From contig CAVQNG010000005.1 in the NCBI GenBank assembly GCA_963713825.1, forward strand, positions 320,001 to 384,000: 64,000 nt of DNA. Direction: 5' to 3'. Under the pieces are notes generated by a model, which was not told the origin of the DNA, made no database searches, and saw only the letters and a program-made list of their open reading frames with translations. The DNA is from an uncultured Acidobacteriota bacterium. GTDB taxonomy: Bacteria; Acidobacteriota; Thermoanaerobaculia; Multivoradales; JAHEKO01. Positions 59,365 to 64,000 of this stretch are shown in pieces. How positions within the stretch are numbered: position 1 is the stretch's first letter; each line of letters starts with the position of its first letter. Both the position numbers and the translations under genes were made by a program.

Positions 59365-60419
59365 AGCGTTGGCACGGGAAATGGATTTTGGCCCTGTTGC
59401 CGCTGTCGGTACTGATCGCCTGTGGCGGAGGTGGTGAAGCGGATTCGTCGGAACCGGTGTTGGCGCCGGCAGAGCGGGTGGCTTATGTGAGGTCTCTCGA
59501 GGTGCAACCGGAGGAGATCACGGATCTGGCGCTTTTGAGTGCCGACCTGTTGCCCTTGCGGCGGGCGACCCTGGCGGCAGAGGTGCCCGGAAGAGTCGAA
59601 GAGCTGAGAGTCGATGTGGGGGATCGCGTCCGAACGGGCCAGATTCTGGTCAGGATCGACACTCGGGCGTTGCGTCAGCAGATCGCCGAAGCGGAAGCGC
59701 TGCATGTGCAGGCCGTGGATCGATTCGAGCGGGCAGAGCGACTCTATGAGAAGCGCTCCATCACGAAAGAGCGGCATATCGATGCCGTGGCAGGTAAGGA
59801 TGTGGCCGAGGCGCGTCTGAATTCGGCGCAGCTGGCGCTCGCCAAGTCGGAGCTCAAGGCGCCCTGGGCAGGCAGCGTGGCCGCCAAACGGGTCGAGGTC
59901 GGGGACTATGCCTCGCCGGGTCTCCCCTTGTTGGAGCTCGTAGCGGTGAATCGTTTGAAGGTGAAGGCGTCGGCGTCGGCCTCCGACGTTCCCTACCTGA
60001 GCGTCGGGGCGCCGGTGACGGTCCGTGTCGATGTCTTCCCCGGTGAGGAGTGGCAGGGCAAGGTGGTTCGACTCGGTGCCGAGCTCGACTCCGATACGCG
60101 TACGCTGGTAGTGGAAGCGGAGATCGACAACAGCGAGGGCCGGCTTCGCCCGGGCCTCTTCGGGCGGCTCGAGGTGCCACGCAGGGTGCTTCCCGGAGCT
60201 CTGCTCGTGCCGCTGGCCTCGGTGGTGGACTACGAGAGCGAGAAGATCCTCTACGTGGTCGCCGAAGGTGTCGCGCAGAGGCGGACCATCGTGCTGGGCC
60301 CGACCGTTGGGGACCGAGTAGTGATCGCCAGCGGCCTCGAGCCAGGTGACCACGTCGTCGTCGGTGGCCAGCAGCAAGTGGCCGACGGACAGACGGTGAT
60401 CGAGGCGGAGGAGGGCTGA
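59361..60419 (+). CDS. RND efflux periplasmic adaptor (lipoprotein)
   Basis: Lipobox LIAC; AEVPGRV..VDVGD, LKAPWAG, TRT and LRPG motifs. Confidence 0.92.
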   Translation: MKRWHGKWILALLPLSVLIACGGGGEADSSEPVLAPAERVAYVRSLEVQPEEITDLALLSADLLPLRRATLAAEVPGRVEELRVDVGDRVRTGQILVRIDTRALRQQIAEAEALHVQAVDRFERAERLYEKRSITKERHIDAVAGKDVAEARLNSAQLALAKSELKAPWAGSVAAKRVEVGDYASPGLPLLELVAVNRLKVKASASASDVPYLSVGAPVTVRVDVFPGEEWQGKVVRLGAELDSDTRTLVVEAEIDNSEGRLRPGLFGRLEVPRRVLPGALLVPLASVVDYESEKILYVVAEGVAQRRTIVLGPTVGDRVVIASGLEPGDHVVVGGQQQVADGQTVIEAEEG

Positions 60420-60422
60420 CAA

Positions 60423-63400
60423 GTGCGATTGACGGAGCTATCCCTAAGCAACCGGGTGACGGTCTTCTTCCTGATGGCGGCAGTCATCTTCGCCGGTCTG
60501 ACGGCCTACCGCACGCTACCGAGAGAGTCCTACCCGGACATCGAGATACCCCTGATCATCGTTTACACGATCTATCCGGGGGCGGCGCCCGGCGACGTCG
60601 AAAAGCAGGTCACCGACCAGTTGGAGCGCGAGCTCAAAGGTCTCGAGGGGATCAAGGAGATCACCTCGACATCGCAGGAGAGCGCTTCGGTCATTACGGT
60701 GGAGTACATCTCGGGCACCGATATCGACATGGCGCTGCAGAAGGTCCGCGATCGCGTCGACCTTGCCAAACCCGACCTGCCAACGGACGCGGAAGAGCCG
60801 ATCTTGCAGGAGATCAGCTTCTCGGATATTCCGATCATCCAGGTCAATCTGTCGGGTGATGTGGGGCCAGTGGTCCTCAAGGATCTGGCCGAAGATCTGC
60901 AGGACGAGCTCGAGGGCATTCGGGGTGTCTTGAAGGTCGACCTGGTGGGCGGCCTGGAGCGTGAAGTCAGGGTCGATGTGAACCCAGAGAAATTGCGGCA
61001 GTACGGGTTGGCCCTGTCCGATGTGGTCGACACCATCGGCGACGAGAACGTCTCCATTCCAGGTGGTGACATGGATCTCGGGTCGCAGTCGTTTGCAGTC
61101 CGCGTTCCTGGTGAGGTCGTCGATCCGCTGATGATCGGTGATTTCGTGATCAAGGCCAGAGGTGGTCAGCCGATCTTCGTCAACGATGTGGCAACGGTTT
61201 CCTTCGGCTTCAAGGACAGGGACTCCTTCGCCCGCATCAACGGCAGGGAGTCGGTGGCCCTCGCGGTATCGAAGCGCACCGGTGCCAACGTCATTGAAGT
61301 TGCCGATGCGGTCAAGGAGCAGGTAGCGATCTACCAAGCCCAGTGGCCGGGTGGTGTGGAGGCGACGATCCTCGGCGATCAGAGCAAGGACATCCGCCGG
61401 ATGGTCAAGGACCTGGAGAACAACATCCTCTCCGGCCTCGTTCTCGTTGTGGTGGTATTGATGTTCGCTCTGAATTTCAGGAACGCTCTCTTTGTCGGTC
61501 TGGCGATTCCGTTCTCGATGCTCCTGACCTTTCTCGCCGTGCAGATATGGGGCGAAACGCTCAACATGGTGGTCTTGTTTGCGCTCATTCTGGCAGTGGG
61601 CATGTTGGTGGACAACGCCGTTGTCGTGATCGAGAACATCTATCGCCACATGCAGGAGGGCAAGGGCCGCATGGAGGCGGCCTCCATCGCGACCAAGGAG
61701 GTCGGGTCGGCGATCTTCTTCTCCACGTTGACGACGCTGGCGGCCTTCTCGCCACTGTTCTTCTGGCCGGACATCGTCGGCGACTTCATGTGGTTCCTCC
61801 CTTTTACTGTCTGTCTGGCTCTTACGGGTTCTCTTCTCGTCGCCTTCACGGTCAACCCGACCCTGGCGGCGACCTTCATGCGGGTCAAGGAAAAGGACCG
61901 AAGGGTCGCTGGAGACGAGCCCGATTCCGGGAACGGTTGGCAGGGCGTGATCGGTGGGTTCGTCGTCAAGATGTACAAGGGTACGCTCAGTTGGGCCCTC
62001 GACCACCGGCTGGTCGTGATCCTCGGCACTGTAGGAGCCTTTGTCGGAGTCTTCTTCCTCTTTGGCGTCTTCAATCACGGAGTGGAGTTCTTCCCCGAGA
62101 CGGAGCCCACCCAGATCATTGTCGATGTGGAGATGCCCCCGGGGACGCGGATCGAAGTGACCGACACGGTCGTCCGCGAGCTGGAGCGCCGCTTGTCCGA
62201 CCTGCCCGATGTCCGGGTGATGGCGGCAGGAACTGGAGCCGGAGCCCAGAGCGAGTTCCGCGCGGGAGGCTCGGGCAGTGGCACATCCGGGCGAATCATG
62301 CTGGACCTGTTGGACCGCGGAGATCGAGAGCAGAACTCGTTCGAGACCCTCGAGCAGGCCAGGGAGCTGGTCAAAGGAGTCCCAGGTGCGGTCATCAATG
62401 TCGACCGCCCCGAGGAGGGTCCGCCGGTCGGCGATCCAGTTTCCATCGAGTTGACCGGCGAAGATTTCGAGACCCTGGGAGCGATCTCGCGGCAGATCCG
62501 CAAGGAGATCGAAGACATCCCGGGCCTGGTGTCGCTGGACGACGACTTCGACCTGGCCCGGCCCGAGCTAGTTGTGCGCCTCGACCGGACCGAGGCCTCG
62601 AGGTTGGGACTCACCACAGCCAAAGTGGCCTCGATGATGCGCACCGCGATCAACGGGACTGAAGCTTCGACCTACCGCGATGGTGACGACGACATCGACA
62701 TCACGGTGCGCTTGCAGGAACAGTCGCGTGGATCGTTGGCCGACATCGCTCGACTCACGGTGGTGACGGAAGGCGGCAGCCAGATACCCATTTCTGCGAT
62801 AGCCAATGTCGAGCAGTCCGCATCGCTCACCAGTATTCGCCACAAGGACCACAAGCGGGTCGTGACGGTCAGTGGCAAGGTCACCACCCCAACGATGGCC
62901 GAACCCGTCCGATCCGAGGCGGTGCGCCGAATCGATGCCACTCCGGATCTGCTGCCGATGGGCTATTCGATGAGCTTCGGCGGTCAGAGCCAGGACGAGG
63001 ACGAGGCCAAGGAGTTTCTGACTTCTGCCTTCCTCTACGCCGTGCTGATGGTCCTCGGTCTCATGGTGGCGAAGTTCGACTCGATCGCTCTGCCTGTCAT
63101 CGTCATCACCACGGTCATCATGTCCATGATCGGGGTACTGCTGGGGCTCATGCTCACCGGCTTGCCATTCGGCATCATCATGACCGGTCTGGGCGTGATC
63201 TCGCTGGCCGGCATCGTGGTCAACAACGCAATCGTTCTCCTCGATTACGGGGAGCAGCTGGGGGCCACCGGCCTGCCACGGCGTGAGCTCATCATGACGA
63301 CCGGCCTACGTCGTTTGCGGCCCGTGCTGTTGACGGCCATCACCACCATCCTGGGGCTCATTCCGCTGTCCACCGGCTTCGAGTTCGATTTCACCGAGTT

Positions 63401-63614
63401 CCACTTCTCCAGTGGAGGAGAGAGCAGCCAGTGGTGGAAGGGGATGGGTGTAGCGGTGATCTTCGGTCTCGCCTTCGCCACGTTCCTGACGCTGGTGGTG
63501 CTGCCCGTGCTCTACGACTTCCTCTTGCAGTTGCGAGAGCGCAAGGCCCGGAAGAAGAGACCCCAGCCCGAGCCGGTCGAGGCCATCGGCGAAGAGCGGG
63601 AACAGGTGGCCTGA
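60423..63614 (+). CDS. RND efflux permease (AcrB/AcrD/AcrF family)
   Basis: YPGAAP, GMLVDNAVVVIENI, GIVVNNAIVL and RLRPVLLT motifs. Confidence 0.95.
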   Translation: MRLTELSLSNRVTVFFLMAAVIFAGLTAYRTLPRESYPDIEIPLIIVYTIYPGAAPGDVEKQVTDQLERELKGLEGIKEITSTSQESASVITVEYISGTDIDMALQKVRDRVDLAKPDLPTDAEEPILQEISFSDIPIIQVNLSGDVGPVVLKDLAEDLQDELEGIRGVLKVDLVGGLEREVRVDVNPEKLRQYGLALSDVVDTIGDENVSIPGGDMDLGSQSFAVRVPGEVVDPLMIGDFVIKARGGQPIFVNDVATVSFGFKDRDSFARINGRESVALAVSKRTGANVIEVADAVKEQVAIYQAQWPGGVEATILGDQSKDIRRMVKDLENNILSGLVLVVVVLMFALNFRNALFVGLAIPFSMLLTFLAVQIWGETLNMVVLFALILAVGMLVDNAVVVIENIYRHMQEGKGRMEAASIATKEVGSAIFFSTLTTLAAFSPLFFWPDIVGDFMWFLPFTVCLALTGSLLVAFTVNPTLAATFMRVKEKDRRVAGDEPDSGNGWQGVIGGFVVKMYKGTLSWALDHRLVVILGTVGAFVGVFFLFGVFNHGVEFFPETEPTQIIVDVEMPPGTRIEVTDTVVRELERRLSDLPDVRVMAAGTGAGAQSEFRAGGSGSGTSGRIMLDLLDRGDREQNSFETLEQARELVKGVPGAVINVDRPEEGPPVGDPVSIELTGEDFETLGAISRQIRKEIEDIPGLVSLDDDFDLARPELVVRLDRTEASRLGLTTAKVASMMRTAINGTEASTYRDGDDDIDITVRLQEQSRGSLADIARLTVVTEGGSQIPISAIANVEQSASLTSIRHKDHKRVVTVSGKVTTPTMAEPVRSEAVRRIDATPDLLPMGYSMSFGGQSQDEDEAKEFLTSAFLYAVLMVLGLMVAKFDSIALPVIVITTVIMSMIGVLLGLMLTGLPFGIIMTGLGVISLAGIVVNNAIVLLDYGEQLGATGLPRRELIMTTGLRRLRPVLLTAITTILGLIPLSTGFEFDFTEFHFSSGGESSQWWKGMGVAVIFGLAFATFLTLVVLPVLYDFLLQLRERKARKKRPQPEPVEAIGEEREQVA

Positions 63615-63684
63615 ACCACGGCTCGATCGGTCCCGGAGGAGGGGTGGCTGTCCCCACCCCCACGAGGTACCATCGGTCCCTACC

Positions 63685-64000
63685 GTGGTGACGATCGAAC
63701 GCAGTACGAGTCGGTGGCGACGGGGGATCCTGAAGAATGGGGTCCCTGCGGCGCTGGCTCTCGGTCTCGTGGCCTGTGGTGGCCAATCCGCAGACGAGGC
63801 TTCGATCGAGCCACCGACGCAAGAAACTCCGAGCGGGCGAATCGAGCCGGTTCCCCTGGCTTCGGTCCAGGTCCTGGATACCTTCTGGAAACCTCGGATG
63901 GAGACCAATCGGCGGGTCACCATCCCACACATCCTGGAGCAGAACGAGGCGACCGGCCGGGTCGACAACTTCCGGAGGGCTGCGGGTCTCCTCGAAGGAC
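63685..64000 (+). CDS. Partial lipoprotein, glycoside hydrolase family 127-like; runs off the window end
   Basis: Translated by hand: lipobox LVAC, then PVPLASVQVLDTFWKPRMETNRRVTIPH...TGRVDNFRRAAG. Confidence 0.7.
   Translation, partial: MVTIERSTSRWRRGILKNGVPAALALGLVACGGQSADEASIEPPTQETPSGRIEPVPLASVQVLDTFWKPRMETNRRVTIPHILEQNEATGRVDNFRRAAGLLEG

Noticed and set aside
60516-62078. Long antisense and alternate-frame ORFs here and throughout (e.g. 14546-15595, 56013-57116, 59262-60422)
   Set aside because: These are shadows of high-GC coding genes with no recognisable motifs.
63641-63660. GGGGTGG/CCACCCC hairpin after the RND gene
   Set aside because: No U-tract and no clear repeat family in the window.

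Overview
GC-rich bacterial window, probably Acidobacteriota-like (inferred from gene content, not verified), densely coding, with no rRNA, tRNA, CRISPR or transposase seen. From left to right it holds: tamB and an Omp85 gene; a sat-cysC/cysQ/sulfatase-like operon; CIRCE-controlled groES-groEL; two nucleotide-sugar genes; metF, a LOV-PP2C photoreceptor gene and a SAM-I-type riboswitch ahead of metH; a roughly 27 kb Wzx/Wzy surface-polysaccharide locus with a lower-GC core, a sulfotransferase and a PglC/D/E/F-like bacillosamine pathway; aceBA; a TetR-TolC-RND operon; and a partial GH127 gene. The main discovery candidate is a complete lasso-peptide RiPP cluster attached to the end of the polysaccharide locus. 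It comprises a B2 protease, a PqqD/RRE, an HPr-like kinase, a cyclase, a 53-aa precursor and a methyltransferase. The predicted core (KSGNNFDNSQQWQSKK) starts unusually with Lys. An NTP_transf_5 nucleotidyltransferase, a family that accompanies such clusters, sits inside the sugar-biosynthesis operon, suggesting a peptide-glycan hybrid system. Several frameshifts look like assembly indels. All calls come from motif recognition by eye; no database searches were run.
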